From positions 79,114,001-79,178,000 of the forward strand of contig OZ076409.1 in NCBI GenBank assembly GCA_964187785.1: a stretch of 64,000 bases of DNA, read 5' to 3'. Below are positions 49,104 through 62,301 of the stretch, piece by piece. How positions within the stretch are numbered: position 1 is the stretch's first letter; every line of letters starts with the position of its first letter. The stretch is from Amphiscolops sp. MND2022. Taxonomy: Eukaryota. The notes below the pieces were generated by a model. That model had not been told where the DNA came from. It did not search any database and saw only the letters and a list, made by a program, of their open reading frames with translations. The position numbers were made by a program, and so were the translations under genes.

Positions 49104-50853
49104 TGTCATGAACATTACGGTGTGTTTTATCACCGTGTTCATTATTAAGAGTAGATTTAGATTTCGCGTTGTACTGAACTTCGGAGTAACTTTCCGGTCT
49201 CTCTCAGATCTCTCCCATCCCCGTCTAGTCTCCTGTCCTGAACCGGCCATAATAACGTTTTGAATTTGGGGCAAAACTTGGTTATTGATGGCGTCACTTA
49301 TGGCTCTCTGGATTTGAGAACTAACACTGTTCATCATCTCATCCATCTCCCTAGATATTCTAGAGTTCAGTTCACTCGATAACTTATTGATCTCAGCCTG
49401 AGAGTCTATACTCGCTGAATTTCGGTCATAACCGGCACTAGTCCCAGTTTCTGGATTTCTATGGTCAGAATGGAGATTCATTTCCTCATTTTCTAAGTTA
49501 TTACTTGCAACACTTTCTTGCCTTCTAATGGAAGTTCCATCGAGGCTTTCATCTCTCCTCATGTCACTGAAGTGGTTTTCACCTAACATTATGTCAAGGT
49601 TTTCAATGTCAGAGAGAATTTCTAATCCTCTAGATTTCCTTGCTTTCTTCTGCTTCCTTGTAGTAGGCATTAAGACTGAATCGGGTTGAAAACTTGACTT
49701 ATCAATTCCGGAAAATTAACAGTGTAACCGTTTGTATTATGAACGTCTTTATCAAAAGAGAGAAGCACAAAGTATGAGTCTTCCTGCAGGGGTATGGGTA
49801 TTTATACCCCTGAAAGTATGACACACACATTTTTACATATTTTGATCAAGACAAATCATAGAATTTTACAATCAACATAGGAAAATCCCCGACAACTACA
49901 TATTTCCGGGGGACATTTAAGGAATGGCATTCAGAGTCATCATTTTAAGTAGCAACTTCAAACAATTTATCGGTTAGACCTACTTCAAGTGTGATGTAAA
50001 CAAATACCACAGCCTGCATATTTTATGGCAATGTAAAATGAAGGCACGTGCCGGCACAAGTTTACTGCAAATTAGGCTGAAAACGGAATGTATTACTATG
50101 TGTGGAATTCTAATACTGCATCGATATTCACGAAAATACACTCGCATATCAGAGCCGGAATGGGCCCAAATCCATAACATGTACTGCGCATAGGAAAGAC
50201 ATGGTAAAAGGCCTTAACCGTCCCTTTATCCAAGTTAAAAGTATACAAACATCAAAACATCACAAACGTATTTATTTAGACTAAAAACATGCTTCTAATA
50301 ACTCGGCGTAAGTATTGATCCAATTAGGCAACAAAGGTATCATTATGCTCGAATTGGCCGAAGCCGTCCATTTGACTGGGGGACTGATATAAATTAGCAC
50401 CGCTTAGTCAATTGGCCATATCCGGCCATCATAAATAAAGCACTCATAATTAGCAAAAGGAGAGCTCTGATTGGCTAATAACTGTACTGAAAGTTACATC
50501 GCCGAGAAGGGACGTTTTCTTACTTGAACACGTTTCCTTCTCGCGATCAGCCTGCTTATTGTACGTTACCGCTTTGATTAATTTCAACACTCTATTTGCA
50601 ATACACCGAACTTCCTTTTACAAATCTCAAATCACAACCTGATTTGGATAGCTTCAAATCGTAATTTTAACAGACTAATATCACGAACAATTATATAAAA
50701 ATGCACTTGAATAAACAAAACGAATGTGATTAACTAGTAAATATAAGTTTCAGTAAGGGAAAGATTAAAACGTGGGTAGGGTACCTGGGACAATTTCTTG
50801 ATTTTCCGCTGACGTCGTTATTAATGTGCCGTCGCAGGCGGCAGGCTGCGACA
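49104..50853 (-). repeat. 3' LTR of element B (~1750 bp)
   Basis: The outer end TGTCATGAAC is confirmed by the copy at 63426. The inner end (TGCGACA, 50853) is inferred only by homology with element A, and the adjacent sequence is not a clear PPT. Confidence 0.7.
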
Positions 50854-51550
50854 CTGCGGGTGTTATGAAGAGGAATGCCCCGGCGTTGAGACCGTTCTCA
50901 TATGCTTCTCTTCTGATTTCCGTGATGTACTCAGGCTCTCCTCGCGGCTGGGACCTTGCAACATACCATTCTACTTTCTCTTTCTTTATTGCTTCTGAGG
51001 ATCTGCCACACACCATACAACCAGAATACAGTTTGTTGCTTACGTCCTCGTACGGCCTTGTGTTCTGTACGTGGAACGACGCGTGAAAACCACCCATTGT
51101 ATGCTGCATCAGGGGGGTGTCCAAACTTGGCCCTCTCTCATGGTCAGGCGGTGACATGGGTGACTCTGGCACTGGTAATAGAGTCTTGCAAACCTCTATC
51201 CTTGACTTTCCCAACTTCTTTGGGGGAGCATAACACATCTCCTGGTCAAAGTACCTGTGGTCAAATTTCGGAGTCACATCTGTTCGCATCTGGGAAGAAC
51301 TGGGGCCAGCTTCTGGTTCGTCTCCTGAAGGTTCCTCCATAGTCATTATGCAGCCCCCAATTAGCATGGGGCTGGAGGTGACTTCCCTTTCGATTCTTGC
51401 AATAAGTTGCTCCGTGTATGTGGAGCAGTCGGTTTCCCAGTCTGATGACTCTTCCTCACTGCTGGAAATGTATATCACTGACCTTTCAGAATCATCTGAG
51501 TCGTATTCCTCCAGATCGAACAATCTTCTAGCTAAGTTGTATTTGCTCAT
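50765..51550 (-). CDS. Element B sense accessory ORF3 (261 aa, intact, non-env, acidic N-terminus, CxxC)
   Basis: Open 261-aa frame homologous to element A ORF3. No signal peptide or transmembrane segment is evident. Confidence 0.8.
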   Translation of the reverse strand: MSKYNLARRLFDLEEYDSDDSERSVIYISSSEEESSDWETDCSTYTEQLIARIEREVTSSPMLIGGCIMTMEEPSGDEPEAGPSSSQMRTDVTPKFDHRYFDQEMCYAPPKKLGKSRIEVCKTLLPVPESPMSPPDHERGPSLDTPLMQHTMGGFHASFHVQNTRPYEDVSNKLYSGCMVCGRSSEAIKKEKVEWYVARSQPRGEPEYITEIRREAYENGLNAGAFLFITPAVSQPAACDGTLITTSAENQEIVPGTLPTF

Positions 51551-52433
51551 GATTACCTTTTTTGCTATTTTTGAAGCTATTCGTAGTGACTGTATTGAAG
51601 AGAAGTTTGTAGTAGAATGGATTTGTCAGTTTTAAGATTTTAGCCGAATCAGGCCTTTTCCCGAACTTTCCAGTTCGGCGGGAGAACCTTAGGTTAATCG
51701 TCCCGATTTGTCGTAAACTTTCTAAATGGAATTTTATAATTAGTCGGCAACCTTTGATAATACGGTGTTTACCCTCCATCAGCACCATCATTCTGAGAGG
51801 TGTTAATGACGCTTGAGTTGTAAACATTATCTCCACCCGTTTCAAGTGGGTAATTAAAAGTTTGCCTGAGAGCGATTAACGGCACGCGACGCGGAATTCT
51901 TTCAAAATGGCTTCAGCCAATCAGCTTTAAGCTTCGATAAATTGCAAAATTAAATAATAAAAATGGCGAAAATAATAAATCCAAATAATTCAAGATGGCG
52001 AAAATTCTAACTAAAAAGTAACTAAGGCAACTGAACGAAACGGCAAAATAAAACAGGGCAAACGGCCATAATCGGCCATTAATTAAATAGGCTGCAAATA
52101 ATGAAGATCTTTGTACACTTCGCTGGCAGACTCCATGTACAGAATAAATATGTAAATAACCAAATAATATTAGTCTGGTAAACTTTCTTCAGCCACGAAC
52201 TCCAACTTCTAAATTCTATTACCCCATTTTAATTCCAGTTCAATTCTGATTATTTTACTTCTGCTTTCTTTATCTGAAATCCTTCATCAGACAGCTTTCG
52301 CTACTCATCTTTAACTTCGCCAACAGCCTTCTTCTCTGAAGTATCCCCGGGACCCGTCCCTAATCCGGATTCGGCCAGATTCTACAACTCTGGAGCCTGA
52401 TTGGTTCGACATTGATAGGCGAAGCAGAGCAGA

Positions 52434-55400
52434 ATGTCTTCAGTTGAAGGTTGGTTTGCTTTGGTTTTGAACCTAATTTAACTTGATCAGGGCTAAATTT
52501 GTTCACAAAATGCTTCCTGTTTCCATCAGTAAACACGTGATAACACGTTTTATTCAAATTTTCAAAGTAGTTCCGGAAGTTTTCTAATGCGGTAGAATGG
52601 ATTTCTTTCAAGGAAGCTCACCGCCAAATTTCATCTCCTTCTGTTTAGAACATCAGAATGTTGATGAACCACAAGTCCAAAGCAACACTAGAACTGGCAA
52701 TCTCACTGGGCCTCCTCAACGTCCAGTTCCCATTTCAATGCCCAGCAGTGTACCTTCTCCTCCTACATTTCCCCCAGTCAGAGCTGTTCTCAGTCAAACA
52801 ATGCAGATGGCTGTTGATTCTCCTTTCAGCAATGAGAGCAACATCGATGTCACCACTTATGCGGATGAGATGGTTCAGCGAATGGAAATTTCCCAAGGAC
52901 TCAATGGTGTTGATCCTGCTCGCCACGATGAGGAAGGTCCATTTACGGCCCAAATCCCAACTGCACAGGCTACAATTCGGGATCCTGAGTTTGTACGCTC
53001 AAGCACTCCAAATCCATCCAACCAGCCTGGGGCTACAGTAGTCAGTCTTTCCTAGCTTGAATCATCCCTCTCCGTTGTGCCAAAGGCACAAGCTGACCTC
53101 CCTGAATTACAAGTCAACCAGGACCAGACTCAAGAGGTGTCTGAGGCTTCATTCCTTCAGTCTGAAGAGAATGCTTCATCCTCAGTCAATGAACCACCGC
53201 CACTCCCTGGGAGAAATGAGCGGGCCAAAGCCTCGGGTTAACATAGCGACACCAATCAAACACTGGAAAGTGTAAGTCAGTCCGAAATCCCTGCTCTGTA
53301 TGGAACAAACCCCTTTGACTCTGTCCCACTATCTGAGGGAGGTGGCGAATCTGGGTCTGAGATTCATGACCCGGGCCAACCGGGCACGTCAAGGGCAGGC
53401 CTACCGGTACAAGGTGAAGTTCTGCGGGATCTGTCAGGACGGGGTAGAGCAACCCTGAAACAGTATTTTGAGACTGAGGACCCATACACCTTCCCTGTCG
53501 GACAAAGGGTCGTTGCCTCCACTGAGCCACAAGTCTACCATTTACTCCGAGTTTTGACTGATGAGGCCATAAATATGACTTGCTCCACTATGGAGAAGAT
53601 GGTAATTGGAGCTGTCAGTGGGACACTTGCAACGGCCCCTTCACGGACTGAAAGATTTCGGTCAGTAGCTCATTCCTCTACTCCAGGTCCCAATCAATGT
53701 GTTGGGTCCAGCTCCGAAGGGATTCTGACTGGATATGGTTCAGGATCAGCATCTCAAGCTGACACGAGCATGCTTCAGAATGTCAGCGACTTCTTCAATC
53801 CTGATGAGAGTGATGGTGCCACGGAGATGGCCCTAATTAACCAAGCCTTTGGCATAACCGCTTCTGGGAGTTCTCCTCCTGCAGCACAACCAGGACAGTC
53901 ACGAGGCCTTTCTGAGGAAGGAACTGAGTCAGCCGAAAAGAGTAGCCTCGATGCCACATTGTCCGAGGTCCGTAACCGGTCTTTTGCCCAGAAGTCCCGT
54001 CAGGTAGTTGTGACAGCCAAATCTGCTAAAGCCAAAAGGGGACGAAAGCGCGGAGTACCCATGAGGGAGGAGTTTTTCTCCAAAATAAGGTGGACGAGGT
54101 CTTTCATCTCTGGGCCAACTGACCCTCTCCACAACCCACACATGGTATGGTGCCACATGTGTAAGAAAAACTTCAGCATTAAAACCAAGGGCACCGTTGA
54201 AATCTTGCGCCACCATAGAAAAGAAAAGCACCTACGTCGTGATCAAAGGTGGAGATATGAACACCTCAGAACAACTGATTCGGTGACCGGAAAGATTCAA
54301 CATCGGGTTCGTGGGAGGAATGGCATAATCCTCAATAAGAGTGAATTAGCCCATGAACTGCCTAAATTCATCCACACTGAGCTCATCGATGTAGGAGAGA
54401 GACACCCCTTTTATGAGGATTATCTGAAGGGTCATACTTCCGCACCTGTTACGCCTCAGTCGCGGTTGCGGACTCAGATTTGCCTTGTTGGAGACTTTGT
54501 CCAAAGTTCGGGAGACCTGGCTCTACTTCGTAAAATGTGGGCGAGGGCTGGCAACTATACAGGGTATCAAGCGGCCTTCCAAGGCTTCGATTGGAGCGAA
54601 GATCATATAATGGTAAGTTTATTCAACTGCTTCTCATAGAGTCATGGTTAGCATAACAGAGGGTTAGAAAAGCAGCAGCACATAGTCTTCCAATTTTGTT
54701 CCATTTCAGGCCGTCTTCCAACACATCTTCAATTGCATGATGGAAGACGTATCCAATCAGGTTGCCGCATCCCAACATTTTGGGATCGAATTTGAGAAGA
54801 GGGGGACCAATCGCTACATGTACTTCCGATTCTGGAATGGTGCCCAGCTTTGTCGGATCTTCATCTGCCGGAGTGGTCTTACCGGCACTGGGCTTAGTGA
54901 AGAACTGGGCTCTCTGTCACGGCTGTTGTCCGTCATTTCTACAACCCCCGATGTAGTCGCCATCTCAGGATGTGCCGTCGACCTGATCAGGACAGTGGAC
55001 AAACATCCCACTTACCCTCGGGGCGTGCAGAGCTGTTTCCGCTTCGAGTGCCTCAACCTCCAAACGCTGATGCACAAGATGAATTACAGTGTGTTTGGCC
55101 ACATTGACATGTTCTCGGTGCTTCAAGGCCTGCTAGTTTCACTTGGAGGATGCCTCTCAGAAGACTGGATCATTGAATCAGCTGAACTCGTTCGAGTAAG
55201 TTCACTTTGTGAATTCAGTCTGTAAGGTACTAGTGTGCAAAGATAAACTACACCAATTGGCCTCTTGATCCTAAGAGCTGTAACGTTCTAGGCGATTACA
55301 ACTTGTACACTCGAAGTGAAAAAGATACCAGATTTGTGCCGGGACCTGCTAAAGAAATGGAAGTCAATTCTGCGATACCTCTCAGTCCAATCTCGCAGAC

Positions 55401-56858
55401 AGGAAAACCAAGGAGTCCACAATAAGGTTATATCTCTTTTATGGTACTTATTTCCTTTAGGAGGAGTTCATGCTAATTGCCACCCTTTTGGTAATGTGGG
55501 TAGGGTTATTTGTCTCGTATTCCCCCGTGTCTTTCGCAGGTCCAGAGTTTTGAGTGTTCCCTTATCATGGACAATTTCTTCACCGCCAAATTAGAGCTGT
55601 TCCAGCGCCTGGTCAGCGATTGTGAGCATTTCCTATTTCGTGATAGTCACTTTGGTCAGTTGTCCTTTTAAGGACCTTTAGATTTTGTTTTTCAGACGTC
55701 ACCAGTTTCGCTATCAATCTAGCTCAAAGACGGGACGCTTCCTTCTTCCTGTGCGGAGAGATATGCAGGTACATCAATCGTCTCTGTTTTCGTGTTTTCC
55801 GACCCGACACCGTGCCATTAGACAATGCCTGGTTTCTGTTAATGGACTTCCAGCTTGGCCAAGGCACACTCATGGACGATGAAGACTTCCTGGTGCGTCT
55901 TAAGATAGCCAGCAGAGTTGCCACTGCCTGTAACCTGAAAGCAGCCGGACTCCACTTTAACAAAAAGTCCAGTAAGGCAGCCATTGCCAAAACAGCTGAA
56001 GTTGCGAAGTCAGATTTTGTGTCCAGCGCCAAGAACTTTTTCAAATTTCTGTTGTCAGAGGTCCTCCAACACACAGAGCTCACTTCTGACCTTATCAAGG
56101 GACTAGCCGCGTTCGATCCCTTTGTTTTTTTCCAAAGGCCTGTGGAAGTCGCCTTACGCCATTTCGACTATTTGTATTCGACATTCCAGTTGCGTTGCTG
56201 GGTCTCTGCATCGAATGAGTCAGTTTGCCGAGATGAATATGTGGCCTTGTTGGACTATCTCCGTACCAATCATTCCACCGAATTCGGTTCCACTAGTCAT
56301 TCTCCTGACCTCATTGACTTTTTTATGGGTTTAGATTTCCTTCAAACCCACGACCACATTTGAAACTTGTTCAAGTTGAGCTGTTTGTGTATAACATCTG
56401 TTAGCCCCCAGTATCCCCCAGTGTCTTTTGGAAAGATTGACACGAGAGGACTTCAGTCCCGTTTGACAGACGTTATCTTGCCCTGCCAGAGTTACTTGAC
56501 ATCAGTGCCTGATTCCCTGCTTGCCTGTTGCACTGAGTCCCGACTTGAGAAGTTCTGTCATTTGTCCACTTCGTTTGGACAATCAGGTTTCGCCGCCGAT
56601 TATGACCCTTGGACCTTCGTAGACGGTTTCGGCAGTTCTGCTATTTACAAGACTCTTGTGGCATCTTATCGTTCTGTTCTCGCTGGGTCAGACTTCCATT
56701 TTAGGAGTCCCACTCTTCCTGATGTTTCTTCTGTGCAAGACGCACCTGCTGTCAAGTTGCCTAGTGAAAACAAACGTAGACGGATGAAAAGGAGTTGTTC
56801 CCGTAGTAGATCCTCATCTGTCATTGAAGAATCCCCTGCTGATAGCTCTAAAAACTAA
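52434..56858 (+). pseudogene. Element B antisense spliced gene, hAT-transposase-like/BED-finger protein (1281 codons); exons 52434-52449, 52649-54612, 54710-55195, 55292-55426, 55540-55621, 55696-56858
   Basis: Five GT-AG introns; exons sum to 3846 nt in frame. Cx2Cx16Hx5H finger at 54151-54231. In-frame stops at 53053, 53239 and 56361. Confidence 0.87.
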
Positions 56859-57099
56859 CTGTACATATGTATTTATGTACTTACGGACTGTAAATTTTTC
56901 TGATTTTCTGTTTGTATTGTTTGTTTCATTTTGTTGTTCTTGATTTCCTGATCCCGTATTTATTTCCTTGCAAGGGATCGTCCAAATGTTCCATTATTTA
57001 TTCAGAAAATACTACTGTATGGGACTGATAAAAGGAAAAATAAAAGAGAAAAAAGCAGAACAGTTCAGGGTTAATTTCCTGAACCGAATTTAATTTTCT

Positions 57100-60000
57100 C
57101 TAGTATCTGTAGTCTTCTGAGTAGTTTGGGTTGGGGTTAGGCCTGAGATTATATTTCCCTCCTCTGGGCTCAGACTCTCATTTCTAGCATCATTTTCAGA
57201 TATTTTGGGCACGATAATATCATCTCCCTGTTTGGAGAGTTTTGTGTATCATTTTCATTCGCCAAGTCTCTTTCTGAGAAATTTTCATTGTTTTCCGGTC
57301 TATTTGCCGTATTCGGCAAGGATGTTTCTTGGTTTTTTAGGGAAACGGCCGAATTCGGCCAATCAGATTCTTAGTTTTCTGTCACTGTAGTAGTTCCATT
57401 TCTTTTAGTGACGTCATCACTTAAGCGATCGTTCTGGCTGTGCGTCGCATTGTCGTTGTTTAATTCTTCTCGCGTGATTATGTAATCCGCCTCGTTCTCG
57501 TCTGCGTCACTGTGACTCGGTTCTGCCGCGTTTGGCCGTTCGCCGTTCGGCATGCTAGTCGGAATAGGATCGTGTCCTTGTGTAATTAGCTGCTCGCCAA
57601 AATCTGTTTCCCACGTTATGATATACAAGTTGTCTTGCGGAATGACGATTTCCTCATCAGGCTGTAACCGCTGTTCTCGGAAATTGTCCTCAAGCGGTTG
57701 GTTAGGGACAAACTTTTTAAGACGGATCCGATGCAAAATTTGAGTCTTGTTCGTATTAATCCGTCGTACTATGTAGTTTTCATTTGGCAAAACTTTTTGG
57801 ACTACAAATGGTCCAACCCATCGATAATCGCGGAATGGAATTTTTGATCCTTGATTGTCCGCTTTCGGCTGTAGGACAAAACAGTACTCGCTCTCCTTTA
57901 ATGGAGCAGCTTTCGCCTTGCGATCGTAATATTCCTTGTATTTAATGTACGATTGCATAATATTCTGCTTCGTCTTGTCAATCAGGGTTTTCGTAAGGTT
58001 TTGGATTTCTTCAGCAAATTCGGTTGTAGGGCTGATCTTTTCGTTTGGATTATTTCCAAGCTTGTGATCCAGAATATTAAATGGAATTCTTCCATGGAAT
58101 ACTCTCGTCGGCTCACAACCGATGCTGGCGTGATAACTAGTATTATGATTCAGTACTGCTAATGGCAAGTATTTGTGCCATTGTCGGCGATATTCCCCAC
58201 ATGCCATTTTGAGATTTGTTTTCAATGAGGCATGAGTTCGCTCCAATTTCCCAATTGTCTGCGGGTGTTTTGTCGTTGCACATTTGAATGTGATGCCCAA
58301 AATCTGCGTAACCTCCGCAATAATTGTAGAAGTAAATGCAGTACCTTTATCAGTGATAAGAGTCGTTGGTAGATATGAGTGTTTAGTCATAATGTCTATG
58401 AGCGCTTTTGCTACATTGATCGCTGATGCGTCCGTAAGGGGGTAGGCGAACAAATATCTGGAGAATACATCAATTGCCGTTAGGACATTTTCATATCCTC
58501 CACTTGGGGGAAGGTTCGGCAATAGGTCGATTTGCATGGCGTCTTCAGGTCCAAGGTCCCATTCGGGCAAGTTGAGCAGTTCAGGTGTGATCGTTGCGTT
58601 AGGAACTCTTTTGTCTCTGGCACATTGTTCGCACCCTTCTACCCACTTTTTGACGTGTTTAGCCATGCTAGGGTAGTAATTACTCTGTCTAATTTCCTGC
58701 AACATTTTTGAAATCCCAGGATGTTTATGTGCTGTCCCGTGGAGAGACTTAAGCAGTTCCTGAAGTAAATGTTGCGGGAGCAGAATTTGATGGTAATTAA
58801 CGTTCCCTGTTTCATCAAAGTATTGCCTTGTCAGGATTTCGTCCTTTAGTACAATTCGTTCCAGATTATTTGCATAGTTTCTGTATCGGGCATCCTGTTG
58901 CAGTATGTTTTCTGAATAATCTTCATGAAGGAGTTTTGCCTTCAATTGTTGTAATACTGCATCCTTGGATTGTTCAATAATGATCTGGTTCGTTTTCCTC
59001 AATCGGATTTGTATATCGGGGTGTTGCTTGACCAGATTTGTTGACAAAGTTTGTATAGTAACAGTGGGCTCATCAGTTGCTGGATTTTTCCTGATTGCTT
59101 CTTTTCTTGCCCAGTACTGTTCCTCTGTCTCATCGTCGTCATTGGTGTAGAAGATTTGTTCTTCTTGCGACACTCCTGCGGATTGGACATTGATTTCGAT
59201 TGGTAGTGTTTGTACATCTTCACGAATTTTCATCACCAATTTGTCCTTTGGATCTGCTTTCAATCGAGACAAATAGTCGGCAGCTGTATTTTGTGCCCCT
59301 GGGATGTGTGCTATGACAAAATTGAACTGAATGACATAATCACACGCGTTCCACAGGGGTGGGGGTATTATTTTTGTTTGGAAAAATCTCGTGACAGCTT
59401 TGTTGTCCGTAAGGATGATGACCGGTTTCGGCGCACCCCAGAAGATATTTCCGAATTCTTTGAATGCAAAAGAAATTGCAAGGAATTCCTTGGCATAAAT
59501 TGACATTTTGATCTGTGCTGGGGTGAAAATTTTTGATCCATATGCGACTGGTGCATACGATTTTCTGAGTGACGTAAATTTCTGGCTTGGGTCGTCTTCG
59601 ATTAGGACCGCGTACCCGGCTGCACCAAAACTTGCATCAGTCATTAGTGCTATTTGCTTGTTTGGAATGGGTTGTTGTAAGGCCAAGTCGCAACATTTGT
59701 CTAGTGCTTTGTTGATTTCTTCGAATTGCTGGACTAATTCTTTCGATACTAGGACTTTTTCGTCACTTTTCAGCATCTTGTAGAATGGGGCAAGGCGTTC
59801 GGAAAGTCTTGGGACATAATTCCTGTAGTAGTTTAGGAATCCTAAATATCGTTGTAAAGCCTTTTTCGACTTCGGGGATTTGGTCTTTTCCAGAAAGTTT
59901 TGCACGTTCTGTTTCTGGGGTTTGACGCCTTGTGGGGTAATAGTCCGTCCGAGAAAATCGATTTCTTTTGCACCGAAGTGACATTTGTGCATTGTTAACT

Positions 60001-62301
60001 TAAGGCCTGTTTCCTGAATGCATTTGAACGTAGCTCTCAGGTTCGTCATGAGATGGTCACCATCATTGGCTGCGATGCCGATATCGTCCACATACTGGGC
60101 ACACTGATCCGCTTTATTGACTTTGTCTAGGTATTCCCTCATGAAACTCGAGAATGCGGATAGTGACCGACTAAGGCCTTGTGCCAAACGTCTGTAGGCG
60201 AATGTGCGACTGGCAAAATTGAAAGCCAACATTTCGATTGAACGTTGGTCGGCCATTGGTAGGCAGTGGTATGCCTGCGAACAGTCTAATTTACAGAACA
60301 GTTTTTTGCCTGCCAAGTGTTGGGCAGCATCAACTAGTGTACTGACGGGGTGATTATTGTTGATATAATCATCTGAGATGAGGTTGTTGATTTTTCTCAA
60401 GTCAACCAAGAGTCGGAGTTTCCCATTCGGCTTCTTTTGTGCGAAAATTGGACTCGCATATTTCGAAAATGGCAGTGTAGTTATTATGCCATATTTGTGT
60501 AACATGGCTAATTCAACTAGGATGTCCTCCTTCAAGTTGATAGGAGCTGGGAGGCTTTGACTATAGGCTGGGGAATCGTCCTTAGGCGTCAGTTTCACCT
60601 TGAATTCCTCGTTCACGCCTATATCAAATCGGTGTCGTGCAAAGATGTCATGGAATTCCACTAACAATTCCTCAATTTTCTCCTTCTCTTCAGGAGTAAG
60701 GGTGGAATTTTTCCAGTCAAAGTTTTCTAAGAATTTTGCACGCGATTCTGCATCTGTAGTGGGGTCGAGTGTCTCTAGGTCCTGTAGGGCCTGTAGCTCG
60801 CGTAGGATTCGTTTTTGTATAGGTGTGTGTTCCTCAGGATTTCCAGGATTTTCTGGAGTTGGGAACCAATACTTTTCGGAGTTTTGTGGATTTCTATTGG
60901 TCGTGATGAGACTGCTGACATAATGGGCTGCTTGCTCCTGGTCATTCTGCAAAAGGTGCCAGGTTGATGCCGGATCTACCGGTTTGACATACTTCATCTG
61001 TTCTGGCGTCATGACTGAGAAATTGGCAATATGAAGTCCCTTTTTGAGTTTATAAGGGTGATCTGTGAAATTGTTCACTGGTATCAATGTATTGCGGTCA
61101 TTCAGAGTGACCAAAGCTGGGCAAAATGTGATGTCGCCTTCTTCGTGTAGAAGGTCGCTCGGTTGCAAAATTCCAGTGACAGCATTCTCGGGGTAGAGTA
61201 GGGAATTGGTCCTAATTAGGACTTTATCATTTGGTGGAATAGTTATCTCAATAGGGTTGAGAATTGGTTCCAATATATTTGAATACATATGGTCAGCCGT
61301 TTTGAGCTGCATGGAAAAGAACGGGAAATTCAGTATCCCTTGTCGCATGTCCAGAACTGTATGGTTTCTTTGGAGGAACATTAGTCCGATGATCGGGCCT
61401 GTCAGATGTTCCATGACTATGAAAATCTCGTGAAACTCGATGTCACCAACTTCAAATTTGAGCTCTATTGTACTCTTAGGAGTTTCCAATCGCCCATTAG
61501 CGACCATTATTTGGAAATTTGGAGGCGGACCTTCCCGGATGACAGATTGTGGAGATAAAAGTTGAATTTTCCGGAGGTCCATTTCAGGAATTGCACTGGA
61601 CAGCGCTCCAGTGTCAATGAGTCCGTCAATGGTCAATTCCCCGAAGTCCATTGGGAAATACAACATGCGTTTTTTGCATTTGAGGTTGATGTTGGTTGAC
61701 AGGGGTATACAGTCTGGTTCACCGTCTCTAGTGATTAAGACATTCTGGAACTGTTTCTCGTCTAGCAATGATTGTGGTATAGTTTCAACATTGCTAACAT
61801 GGGTCTCGGTCCCCAATGGGTTTGGAAACACTGGATGGTTTGTGCCATCATTCATTTGCCAGTTTTCAATTAATGCTCTGGTCTTCTTATTGTGGGTGAT
61901 TGGAGGGTTCTCGTGGACTGTCCGATTGTAGTGTTCAATATCATCTAGAACGTATTGAAATTGTAATAGTTCTTGATTATAGATCTCGGTGTCCCAATAT
62001 GGATCTCTGCCGTAGTCTTGGTCGATATACGTTGGGTTAAAGTTCACGACTAGGGGAATGGGCCTGAATCGGGTATTGAAGGTGGTGGTGTAATCAGGGT
62101 CCCAAACAGAATTTGGTTTTTGGAATAAATGGGTGTTGTTATAGGTGATGGTGATAGCTTTGTCCATCTGTTGTTGCCAGACAACAGAGGGATAGCCCAT
62201 CAATTGTTGTGTATACTGATGAAAAGTTTTTGTTGGAGGATCCGACCTGATGTATTGGCGGACGGATATCAGTTCGTTGTATTGGAGTCGTGGCGAAGTT
62301 A
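57100..62301 (-). CDS. pol: Element B pol (protease, RT, RNase H, integrase); only the C-terminal tail is disrupted (stop at 57371)
   Basis: 1610-aa ORF with LIDTGA, YVDD, RNase H, HHCC-DDE integrase and GPF. The homologous end GGKYNLRPNPNPNYSEDYRY* lies at 57100. Confidence 0.95.

Noticed and set aside
50765..51550. ORF3 as an envelope gene
   Set aside because: Short and acidic, with no signal peptide, furin site plus fusion peptide, or TM anchor visible.
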